Shown here piece by piece: positions 8,803-17,063 of a stretch of DNA of 64,000 nt. The stretch lies in the NCBI GenBank assembly GCA_018669975.1, contig JABHSK010000001.1, forward strand, positions 88,394 to 152,393, given 5' to 3'. The position numbers and the translations under genes are program-made. Each line of letters starts with the position of its first letter. The stretch's first letter is position 1. Origin of the DNA: Candidatus Parcubacteria bacterium. Its GTDB lineage: Bacteria; Patescibacteriota; Patescibacteriia; UBA1558; GWA2-36-10. Under the pieces are notes generated by a model. The model worked only from the letters and a program-made list of their open reading frames with translations. It ran no database searches and was not told the origin of the DNA.

Positions 8803-8991
8803 TTGTCAAAGTACATTAATATCCCCTAAATTAAATACTTAAGAGAATGTAGTTTTTTACCATAAAAGCAGGTTAGCGTCAAGGAAGGTAAGTAAAATGC
8901 ATATCTTTGACTTTTTTTACTTAAACATGCTATTTTTATGCTGGAATATATGAGTAAGTCCCCTCATGTTCAACCCGCACTTTGAAAGGAG
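8803..8991. promoter_or_regulatory. Divergent promoter region with a boxA-like motif in each direction
   Basis: Minus strand: TTGACG (8882-8877) and GTACTTTGACAA (8814-8803). Plus strand: TTGACT (8907-8912), TGCTATTTT, and GCACTTTGAAA (8977-8987) abutting SD AGGAG. Confidence 0.55.
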
Positions 8992-8997
8992 AAAGAT

Positions 8998-9639
8998 ATG
9001 AATCAATGGATGGATAAGTTTAAGAAAATGGGTGCTCTCTGGATACACGATGAAAATCCTGAGCGACCACATGCTTTATTGACTTCAGGCAAACACTCCA
9101 ATGGATACTTTAATGGCAGTAAAGTCATAAAAAATCCTCGTGTTCTAGCTGAGGCCTGCCATGATCTCTTGCAGATCAGCCATGCTGCTCAATTTACACC
9201 ACGATCTGTGTTTGGATCAGCTATGGGTGCCGTGACGATTGCTCACGAGCTGGCCAGGCAAATGGGTATCGAACTTGGCTTTACCGAGCCTGTCGAGACC
9301 AGGGAACAACTAGACATTACCCGCAAACACATGGTCCTCAAACGCTTTAGTGTTGTTCAAAACGAAAAAGTGATTGTGGCTGAAGATGTTATGACTACAG
9401 GTGGTACTACCAGAAAGACTATCGAGACACTGACAAAAACGGGAGCTGATGTGCTCGGCTTTATCCTTGTTTTGGTAAACCGTTCTGGTCAAGAATCTCT
9501 TGACGGCCGACGCATCATTGCTTTAATCGACCATCCTATGCCTTTCTGGGAAGCAGAAGAGTGCCCATTGTGTGCTCAAGGCTCCGAAGCTATCCGCCCC
9601 AAAGGCAGAGAAAGCTGGCAGGAATTAACTGCTCAATAG
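8998..9639 (+). CDS. pyrE: Orotate phosphoribosyltransferase
   Basis: LLTSGKHSNGYFN, VAEDVMTTGGT (PRPP loop), C-terminal CPLC seen in short PyrE proteins. Confidence 0.85.
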   Translation: MNQWMDKFKKMGALWIHDENPERPHALLTSGKHSNGYFNGSKVIKNPRVLAEACHDLLQISHAAQFTPRSVFGSAMGAVTIAHELARQMGIELGFTEPVETREQLDITRKHMVLKRFSVVQNEKVIVAEDVMTTGGTTRKTIETLTKTGADVLGFILVLVNRSGQESLDGRRIIALIDHPMPFWEAEECPLCAQGSEAIRPKGRESWQELTAQ

Positions 9640-9646
9640 ACAACCG

Positions 9647-9674
9647 CACCCTACATTTTGTAGGGTGTTTTTTT
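9647..9674 (+). terminator. Intrinsic terminator after pyrE
   Basis: CACCCTACA-TTT-TGTAGGGTG followed by TTTTTTT. Confidence 0.8.
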
Positions 9675-9685
9675 ATAAAAATAAC

Positions 9686-9733
9686 TTATCCACACCCAAA
9701 GACTTGACGTTCGGTTTTTGTTCGGTATATACT
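9686..9733 (+). promoter_or_regulatory. lexA promoter with candidate SOS operator and a DnaA box
   Basis: TTATCCACA 9686-9694; TTGACG 9704-9709; GTTCGG direct repeat at 9709-9714 and 9720-9725; TATACT 9728-9733. Confidence 0.6.
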
Positions 9734-9760
9734 ATAGGTAGACAAATTAACCACAACAAT

Positions 9761-10360
9761 ATGCCAAGCCTAACAAAAAAACAAAAAGAAATTTTAGACT
9801 TCATAACTCAATTTATCCAAACTAATGCCTATGCACCTAGTTATAGAGAAATCGCCGAATACTTTGGCTACTCCTCCACTGCTACCGTACACGAACATAT
9901 AAAATCTCTAGAGGACAAGGGTCTGTTAACTAGTAATCATAATGCAGCTAGATCATTGGAAGTAGTCGAGCATCGTTTTGGCAAAGCCATAGAGCTACCA
10001 TTGGCCGGACTAATCACTGCTGGTGTACCTATCGAAGCCATCGAAACAAATGAGACCATTGCTGTACCACAAAATTTAGTTAAAGATGAAAACAGTTTTG
10101 TTTTAAAAGTTAAGGGTGAATCTATGATTGAAGATGGAATTTTAAATGGAGATTATGTAGTAGTGGAGAGAAATTTTTATCCTAAAAATGGTGATGTAGT
10201 AGTGGCTTTATTAGATAACACCTATGCCACCCTAAAAAAATACTATCGAGAGAAAGATAGGATTAGACTACAACCAGCCAACAAAACCATGAAACCAATC
10301 TATGCCAAGAACCCAGCTATTCAGGGTATAGTCAAAGCTATTTTAAGAACTTTCTTATAA
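9761..10360 (+). CDS. lexA: SOS repressor LexA
   Basis: LTKKQKEIL, PSYREIA wHTH, TAG cleavage site, GESM (Ser nucleophile), TLKK (Lys); start at MPSLT. Confidence 0.95.
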   Translation: MPSLTKKQKEILDFITQFIQTNAYAPSYREIAEYFGYSSTATVHEHIKSLEDKGLLTSNHNAARSLEVVEHRFGKAIELPLAGLITAGVPIEAIETNETIAVPQNLVKDENSFVLKVKGESMIEDGILNGDYVVVERNFYPKNGDVVVALLDNTYATLKKYYREKDRIRLQPANKTMKPIYAKNPAIQGIVKAILRTFL

Positions 10361-10364
10361 AATT

Positions 10365-10511
10365 ATGTTTAAATTAAAAAACAACAAACTTTGGCAGATC
10401 AAATTCTTTCTAAATAAAGAAGACCGCTTTGTACATAAATGCTATAAAAAACTCAATAAAAACAAGTATCTATACGTAATGCCTAGAAAAACTGAGTTTA
10501 AATTATTTTAA
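10365..10511 (+). CDS. Possible 48-aa basic protein downstream of lexA
   Basis: ATG 4 nt after the lexA stop; MFKLKNNKLWQIKFF...KLF. Confidence 0.3.
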   Translation: MFKLKNNKLWQIKFFLNKEDRFVHKCYKKLNKNKYLYVMPRKTEFKLF

Positions 10512-10528
10512 GTATGCAATAGTGATAG

Positions 10529-10615
10529 TCTACTCCGCCATTTTTGCCTGAAAAATGGTGGTGTAGAGCCCTATACTGGTTTTTTAGTTCAGCTTAAAAT
10601 ATCGGTATAGGGTTC
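10529..10615 (+). ncRNA. Candidate structured RNA or terminator (two abutting long hairpins)
   Basis: TCTAC-T-CCGCCATTTTT/AAAAATGGTGG-T-GTAGA and GCCCTATACTGGT/ATCGGTATAGGGT, with several G-U pairs on the plus strand. Confidence 0.4.
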
Positions 10616-10683
10616 AACCACATCTTGACATATTTTAAGTTTTAAGCTATTATTTACCCTGTTAAATAATATTACTAAAAGGT

Positions 10684-10968
10684 ATGGCACATAAGAAAGC
10701 GGGCGGCTCCACTAGTCTGGGTCGAGATTCCCGAAGTCAACGTCTAGGAGTAAAACTATTTGCTGGTCAAGAAGCTAAAGCCGGCGCTATTTTGGTACGC
10801 CAAAGAGGTACTAAGTTCCATCCTGGATTAAATGTTAAAAGAGGTAGCGATGATACTCTGTTTGCAAAGATAGCTGGTATAGTTAAATTCCGTAAACTAA
10901 AAAAGATAAAATTTGACAGCTCACTTAAAGAGACTCGCTTCATTGATGTGCTACCTGAAAAAAAATAA
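10684..10968 (+). CDS. rpmA: 50S ribosomal protein L27
   Basis: [37 protein letters not shown]. Confidence 0.98.
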   Translation: MAHKKAGGSTSLGRDSRSQRLGVKLFAGQEAKAGAILVRQRGTKFHPGLNVKRGSDDTLFAKIAGIVKFRKLKKIKFDSSLKETRFIDVLPEKK

Positions 10969-11022
10969 TTTTCAATATAAAAACACCCTAGATTAAATCA
11001 GATGGGTGTTTTTTTATTTGAA

Positions 11023-11940
11023 CTAAACTTTTAAATACTTTCTCAGAGCTATAGTTGTACTTACTATATTTAAAAATGATAGTACCAAAAATTGTACACC
11101 AAAGATAAATAAGAAGTTATTCCTAAAATATCCTGACAAATCAATAACTTGTGTACCCTGGAAATAAGTGTTTAAAGATGGTTGTAGGAAGCTAATTACA
11201 AAGTAAACAATCGCTATCATTATTAATACAGCCGCCAACGCATAAAATGTACTCTCCAACAAAAATGGCATTCTAACAAACCAATTACCAGCCCCTACTA
11301 ACTTCATAACCATAATTTCATTTTTACGAGTGTAGATGCTAATACGGATAGTATTAAAAATAACAATAATTGATATTAAAGAAAAAACTGCAATCACATA
11401 CCAACTGTACTTGTTAACCATCTTAGCCAAATTATTTATCTTCTCTACAAAAGTTTCATAGTCACGAAAAGTACTGTCCTCTATCCATCCATTATATTTA
11501 TCCTGCTTAGCAAACTCCGAAATAATAACATATTGATCTAAATCATGTGCCTGTATAGCCAGTGAATAGGAAAATGGATTTTCACCTTCTTCAAAAATCT
11601 CCAAGGCTTTTTTAGTGTTATCATCTAAATTTGATTGTTCAAATAAAACCTTATTTTCTTCTGGAGTTATAATTCTAACGCTCTTTACTTCCGATAAACC
11701 GTTCATATCGCTCACCAATGTCTCCACCTTATCCTTGTCTATCTCTGGCTTCATAGATATTAAAATATCTACTTTCTGCTCAACACCATCGATGGTCGCT
11801 TGTCTAATATAATCCATGCCCACCAAAAGCGTGACTGAAAAAATAGCCATCAACATCATAGTAATAGTAACTACTGACAGCCAAAAATTACGGAAAAACC
11901 CCTGCAGGGCAAACTTTATAATCCTAAACAAACTAGTCAT
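11023..11940 (-). CDS. ftsX: Cell division ABC transporter permease FtsX
   Basis: FFRNFWLS, IFNTIRISIYTRKNEI.VMKLVGA.NWFVRMPFLLE; downstream of ftsE. Confidence 0.92.
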   Translation of the reverse strand: MTSLFRIIKFALQGFFRNFWLSVVTITMMLMAIFSVTLLVGMDYIRQATIDGVEQKVDILISMKPEIDKDKVETLVSDMNGLSEVKSVRIITPEENKVLFEQSNLDDNTKKALEIFEEGENPFSYSLAIQAHDLDQYVIISEFAKQDKYNGWIEDSTFRDYETFVEKINNLAKMVNKYSWYVIAVFSLISIIVIFNTIRISIYTRKNEIMVMKLVGAGNWFVRMPFLLESTFYALAAVLIMIAIVYFVISFLQPSLNTYFQGTQVIDLSGYFRNNFLFIFGVQFLVLSFLNIVSTTIALRKYLKV

Positions 11941-11958
11941 AGTATTTATTTTTATTTT

Positions 11959-12639
11959 TTATAATAAATATTTTCCATTCTCCTGATCGCTAATTACATA
12001 ACCCTTTTCTAATGTGATTACCCTACCTCTAAGGCTATTAACTACATCTCGATCGTGTGTTACTAAAACTACAGTTGTACCTAAATTATTTATCTTCTTC
12101 AATAAATCAATGATTTCCCTGGTATTAATAGAATCAAGATTACCAGTAGGTTCATCAGCTACCAATAACTTTGGTTTATGCACTAAACTTCTAGCAATAG
12201 CTACACGCTGTTGTTCACCACCTGACAGTTGATGTGGATACCTATCCCTCTTATCTTTAAGTCCCACTAAAGATAACATTTGATTGACTGTCTTTTTTAT
12301 ATCTGAAGATTTAAAACCACAGGCTTCCATAGCAAAAGATACATTTTCAAAGACTGTTTTTTTAGATAATAATTTATAATCTTGAAAAATAACTCCTAAT
12401 TGACGACGTAAAGTAGGTATTTCATGATTCTTTATATCAGTTATCTCCCAACCACCTATGGTTATCTGCCCACTGTCCATTTTCTCCTCAGCAATAAGCA
12501 GTCTGATTAAAGTTGATTTACCAGAGCCACTTTGCCCAACAATAGACACAAATTCACCTGGCTTAATATGAAGATTCACATCACGTAAAGCATGTACGTC
12601 TTTGCCATAATTTTTTGATAGATTATGAATTTTGATCAT
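11959..12639 (-). CDS. ftsE: Cell division ATP-binding protein FtsE
   Basis: GQSGSGKST, LRRQLGVIFQDYKLL, LSGGEQQRVAIAR, ADEPTGNLD. Confidence 0.93.
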   Translation of the reverse strand: MIKIHNLSKNYGKDVHALRDVNLHIKPGEFVSIVGQSGSGKSTLIRLLIAEEKMDSGQITIGGWEITDIKNHEIPTLRRQLGVIFQDYKLLSKKTVFENVSFAMEACGFKSSDIKKTVNQMLSLVGLKDKRDRYPHQLSGGEQQRVAIARSLVHKPKLLVADEPTGNLDSINTREIIDLLKKINNLGTTVVLVTHDRDVVNSLRGRVITLEKGYVISDQENGKYLL

Positions 12640-12671
12640 AAAGTTCTATTTTTAGATATACTAATCTAATT

Positions 12672-13553
12672 CTAATACAATTTATTAATATTTACCTGCT
12701 CCAAATAGTCTATTAAAAATTCATCCACCCCTTTAGCAGCTACAAATATACCTCTTAACTCTTTGCTATCCTTACCCTCTTCTTCCAAAGAAGACTCCAC
12801 AAACCAAATCATATAGCCACCGGGAGCTGTTCCATACGAACCTGGTATATGTACTATTTTACTAAATTCTCCCTCTTTTAAATCTCTAACTGGATCGTAC
12901 ATAATCGATAACTCGTCTTCACTTACCCATAAAGTATTATCCACATAAGTCATATCATCTGAATATTCTTGGGCTACACTCAAAAAGTCACTGCCACCCT
13001 CTAGCTCCCCATAGGCTGCCTGTATCTTATTTACTCCCTCTATATCTCCAAAATTAAATATAAGATGATCGTATACCTTGGTTTCTAGCATCAAGGGTTT
13101 AATCATTAATTCTGAATAATCATCAAAAGAAACTCCCATCTCTGTTTCTACTTCTTGTTTAAAACTATCTAAATCTGGAACTTCTTGTAAATACGCGTCA
13201 AACTCTTCATCGTTAATTGACAAATCGTTCTCCTCAGCTAATTTATTAAGCCATGTATTCTTTATCAACCTGTTCCAAACCATAGAATCGGCATCTGACT
13301 CAGACATAGCGGGATCTCCTGCCTTGATTATATATTCCAAAACAAATTCTCTGTGCTTCAAATATTCACTTAGGGAAATCACAAAAGATTGATCTATCTC
13401 ATCTATGGTACCTGCTTTTAAATTATAGAGTCCAGCTAAAACTACAGCTGGTGTGCCATTTAATTTATGTTTATATACCATCCTAACAGCCAACCATTGT
13501 GAGGCTATTAAAAATATTATGATAACTATCAATAACTTTATTTTATTACTCAT
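12672..13553 (-). CDS. SurA/PrsA-like foldase (parvulin PPIase-like)
   Basis: N-terminal anchor, SurA_N-like helices, DFLSVAQEYSDD and LKEGEFSKIV parvulin motifs. Confidence 0.7.
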   Translation of the reverse strand: MSNKIKLLIVIIIFLIASQWLAVRMVYKHKLNGTPAVVLAGLYNLKAGTIDEIDQSFVISLSEYLKHREFVLEYIIKAGDPAMSESDADSMVWNRLIKNTWLNKLAEENDLSINDEEFDAYLQEVPDLDSFKQEVETEMGVSFDDYSELMIKPLMLETKVYDHLIFNFGDIEGVNKIQAAYGELEGGSDFLSVAQEYSDDMTYVDNTLWVSEDELSIMYDPVRDLKEGEFSKIVHIPGSYGTAPGGYMIWFVESSLEEEGKDSKELRGIFVAAKGVDEFLIDYLEQVNINKLY

Positions 13554-13555
13554 GA

Positions 13556-13939
13556 TTATTTAAAAAAATAATTAAACCACTTATTAATATTAGGTAAATT
13601 ACCACCTTGTTCTATGATATTTCTATCTGAATCTGTTGTAAATAAGTTTATTTGCTTTTCACCTGGCTTACTTAAATTAAGTTGGGACCTAGCCTGCTTT
13701 TCTACATATTCATCTGTCTTCAGATAAGTAATCAACTTATCCGTTGTTTCCGTTTTCTCTTTTAACTCAGATAACTGGCCTTCTAGTTCTTTAATCTCTT
13801 GGTGAATATTATATCTCAACACTACTTCCTTGCTAACTTTTACAAAAGATAAAATCAGTAGCAACACTAAAATAAGGGTGAATACATTTGACCCCCAAAT
13901 CTTTCCACGCCAATCTTTTTCTGTCTTTTTACGCTTCAT
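13556..13939 (-). CDS. Septum formation initiator (FtsB/DivIC family)
   Basis: TM helix plus coiled coil plus YVEKQARSQLNLSKPGE motif. Confidence 0.85.
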   Translation of the reverse strand: MKRKKTEKDWRGKIWGSNVFTLILVLLLILSFVKVSKEVVLRYNIHQEIKELEGQLSELKEKTETTDKLITYLKTDEYVEKQARSQLNLSKPGEKQINLFTTDSDRNIIEQGGNLPNINKWFNYFFK

Positions 13940-14030
13940 TGAAAAAATATCTGTACGACAATTATATCATAAACAGACCTTTTTTCCAAAATATTTTTGC
14001 TTTTAATGGCAAAAAGTATTATAATATTAA

Positions 14031-14969
14031 ATGAGAAAACGTTACCTTATGAAAATAAATAAAATAAAAACAAAAAAATTAACCTGGATTCATATTAGTA
14101 AGCCGACCCAGGAACATATAGACTACCTCAAAGAAACCTATGACTTCCATCCTTTAGACTTGGAAGACTGCCTCGTAAAAGTACAAAGGCCGCAAATTAG
14201 TGAATACGCTCACTATATATTTTTTATATTGACATTCCCTGTTTATAATAGAAAGGTTAGAGAAATGGAGTCTGGTGAAATAGATTTTTTTGTAGGGTCA
14301 AAATTCTTGATAACTATCAGTGATGGTACTATATCTACTATTGATACTTTTTTTAATGAAGTACAAACCAATGACTTTAGTAGAGAAAAATATATGTCCG
14401 CACATCCCGTTTTCCTATTATACGAAATTTTACACCGTTTACAAAACTATACCTTTCCAATGCTAGATCACATCTCACAAGATATAGAAGGAATAGAAAG
14501 GAGAATATTTAAAGGCGAGGAAAGAAAATTAGTAGTTGAAATATTACACACTAAAAGAAGCATAGTTGATCTACGACGTATCATGCAAGCTCATAAAAAC
14601 ATTATTAAAAAATTGATGAGTACGCACACTAAATTCTTTATGCATGATAAAACAAACGTCTATTTTACAAATATCTTAGATCGCACTAAAGATATTTGGG
14701 ATTTATTAGAAACTTTAAAAGAAAATATAAATACCTTTCAAGAAACAAATGAATCTTTAATTTCCTACAGATTGAACGACATCATGAAAACTTTAACTAT
14801 TATTTCTGTTATCATGATTCCAGCTACTCTGGTCGCCTCTTTATTTGGCATGAATATCAACCAAATGCCACTTATAGACAGCCCAATAGGTTTTTATTAT
14901 GTTTTAACTATCATATTAGCAATAATTTTATTATTTTTTGCCTATTTCCGTAAAAAAGATTGGCTTTAA
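14031..14969 (+). CDS. corA: CorA-family Mg2+ transporter
   Basis: FHPLDLED, LNDIMKTLTIIS, GMN signature, two C-terminal TM helices. Confidence 0.92.
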   Translation: MRKRYLMKINKIKTKKLTWIHISKPTQEHIDYLKETYDFHPLDLEDCLVKVQRPQISEYAHYIFFILTFPVYNRKVREMESGEIDFFVGSKFLITISDGTISTIDTFFNEVQTNDFSREKYMSAHPVFLLYEILHRLQNYTFPMLDHISQDIEGIERRIFKGEERKLVVEILHTKRSIVDLRRIMQAHKNIIKKLMSTHTKFFMHDKTNVYFTNILDRTKDIWDLLETLKENINTFQETNESLISYRLNDIMKTLTIISVIMIPATLVASLFGMNINQMPLIDSPIGFYYVLTIILAIILLFFAYFRKKDWL

Positions 14970-15038
14970 TTTGTCAAAAACATTATTTTATGATATAAAA
15001 ATCCCACTTACTAACAGTGGGATTTTCTATACCAAGAC

Positions 15039-16022
15039 ATGAAAAATTTTTGGACACAATTAAAAAAGCCTATTATCACCACCACACCAATGGCTGGTAT
15101 TACTGATACTGCCTGGAGACAAATTTGTAAGATGTGGGGCGCTGATGTAGTACATACAGAATTCGTATCAGCTGATGCGCTGTATTATGACAGCAAAAAA
15201 ACTCTCAAGATGTTAGAATACCAAGCTATGGAACAACCTGTAGTTGTTCAAATCTTTGGCAGAAGACCAGAGCTATACACTAAAGCTGCTCAAGTGATAG
15301 CCAAGACTGGCGTAGCTGGTATTGATATTAATTTTGGTTGTCCAGCCAAAAAAGTAGCTGGACATGGAGGAGGTATCTGCCTTTTAAGAAACATAGATAC
15401 TGTTAAAAAAATAATTGAGACAACTATAGAGGCAGTTGATATACCCGTGTCTGTAAAAACTAGAATAGGTTTAAATAAAATTCAAGGACAACCAGAAGAA
15501 GGACGAATAACTGTCCTAGATTTTATTGAGGCAATTAAAGAATATCCTATCGCTGCCATGATAGTACACGGCCGGACATATGAAGTCCCTTTTACTGGAC
15601 CAGTAGACTTAGATGCCCTTAAAGAAGCTCGTGATAAGTTTAAGAAATATTTTAAAGATGGTATATATATTATCAATGGATCCTTCCAGACTGTAGAATC
15701 TGTAATCGATGACATGAAATATACACAAGCAGATGGCATTGCCTTATCTAGAGCTATTTATGGTCGGCCCTGGCTATTTAAACAAATAAAAGATTATTTA
15801 GCTACTGGAACATACCAGGAAATTACTTGGGAACAAACTAAAGACACCGTCATAAAACACGCTCATCTATTATGGGAATCAAAAGGTACTGCCGGATTCA
15901 AAGAAATGCGTAAACATTTACTTTTTTATGTAAAAGGACGCCCAGATGCTGCTAAATTAAGAAAGGAATTAGTGTCTGTAGAGCACCCTAAGGATGTTGA
16001 AAAAATCTTTACTAGACTATAA
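15039..16022 (+). CDS. dus: tRNA-dihydrouridine synthase (DusB-like)
   Basis: PMAGITD, IDINFGCP, VSVKTRIG, VHGRT, GRPWLF. Confidence 0.92.
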   Translation: MKNFWTQLKKPIITTTPMAGITDTAWRQICKMWGADVVHTEFVSADALYYDSKKTLKMLEYQAMEQPVVVQIFGRRPELYTKAAQVIAKTGVAGIDINFGCPAKKVAGHGGGICLLRNIDTVKKIIETTIEAVDIPVSVKTRIGLNKIQGQPEEGRITVLDFIEAIKEYPIAAMIVHGRTYEVPFTGPVDLDALKEARDKFKKYFKDGIYIINGSFQTVESVIDDMKYTQADGIALSRAIYGRPWLFKQIKDYLATGTYQEITWEQTKDTVIKHAHLLWESKGTAGFKEMRKHLLFYVKGRPDAAKLRKELVSVEHPKDVEKIFTRL

Positions 16023-16081
16023 ATACTAAATATTGTCAAAATGTACTCCAAAAACCCCACAAAAATGGGGTTTTTATACTA

Positions 16082-16143
16082 TTGACAAAATATATAAAGT
16101 ATGCTATAATACTATATCAACATCAAAGACCGAACCTTTAAAA
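16082..16143 (+). promoter_or_regulatory. Consensus sigma70 promoter plus boxA-like leader motif
   Basis: TTGACA 16082-16087, 17 nt, TATAAT 16105-16110 with extended TG; GAACCTTTAAAA 16132-16143. Confidence 0.7.
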
Positions 16144-16252
16144 CCCCGTCTTTCAACAGTCAGTTCAGAGATAGATTCAATCAATTGTAGTGTTAGTGAC
16201 CCCTATGGGTCGAGTTCAAACCCGGGCAAAAGCCCAACAAAAGGAGCTTCAC

Positions 16253-16966
16253 ATGAAGACCAATCTGATTCGTATCGCCATCCTCTTCGCTGTCATCTTC
16301 ACCACCACCTTCGCCTTCGCCGGCAACACCGAGGTCACCTTGACCGACGAGATGCAGGCGCAGCTCGACGAGCTGATCCTGGCGAAGAATTTCGCCGAAG
16401 CCGACACGCTGCAGATGCAGTTCGAAGCGCAGTTGCGCAGCGATCAGCGAAACAGCAAGCGTATCGAGGAAGCTCGAGCCCGCACAGAAAAGCGCTGGCA
16501 CGCCGAAGTGTCCCCCGACTCGATGACCTATGACAAGGTCTGGCAGTGGGCCGACAATGATTCGACCAAAGCCACCTGGCTGGGCAAGCGCTACAACGTC
16601 GAGTTCGACGAGAACCTGGATACCACTGGCATGATCGATGCTCTCAAGAGCACGATCAACCAACGCCAGGCCGACCGGGTCGTCAACGACAAGATCAACT
16701 CCGCCGTGGCTCGTTCCGAAGCCAAGACCAACAAGCGTATCACTGATCTGGAAAACCAGATCGAACCTATCAAACGCGCGGTCAACCAGCTCGGTTACGA
16801 CATGGGTGCCTCCTTCAGCTACGCTGCCTGCATCAAGCATGTGGACGACGAAGTTCGCCAGGAGAACCTGGACAAGATCGCCGAACTGCGGAAGGCTTTC
16901 CGCGAACAGACCGATCCTATCCTGGAAGAATCCACCAAGAACAACGACAAGACGGACAACGAGTAG
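16253..16966 (+). CDS. Secreted hypothetical protein with strongly GC-rich codon usage
   Basis: SD AAGGAG; signal peptide ending AFA; helical mature part; most codons end in C/G. Confidence 0.8.
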   Translation: MKTNLIRIAILFAVIFTTTFAFAGNTEVTLTDEMQAQLDELILAKNFAEADTLQMQFEAQLRSDQRNSKRIEEARARTEKRWHAEVSPDSMTYDKVWQWADNDSTKATWLGKRYNVEFDENLDTTGMIDALKSTINQRQADRVVNDKINSAVARSEAKTNKRITDLENQIEPIKRAVNQLGYDMGASFSYAACIKHVDDEVRQENLDKIAELRKAFREQTDPILEESTKNNDKTDNE

Positions 16967-17008
16967 TTCCAACCGCTACCTCCCCCCAGCGAGTGGAACT
17001 CAAGACAA

Positions 17009-17040
17009 GAGCCCTTCTTCGGAAGGGCTCACTTTTTTTA
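17009..17040. terminator. Intrinsic terminator
   Basis: GAGCCCTTC-TTCG-GAAGGGCTC followed by a T-tract. Confidence 0.8.
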
Positions 17041-17063
17041 TCTAAAATTTAAAATATTAGAGA

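Noticed and set aside
9665-9760. Extended LexA N-terminus
   Set aside because: It covers the terminator tail and promoter; homology starts at MPSLT.
12937-12945. DnaA-box matches inside coding regions (also near 28962 and 63037)
   Set aside because: Isolated and intragenic; no cluster suggesting an origin.
16033-17045. Overlapping ORFs 16033-16533, 16193-16972 (minus) and 16638-17045
   Set aside because: By-products of extreme GC3 bias in the real gene, which has the SD and signal peptide.
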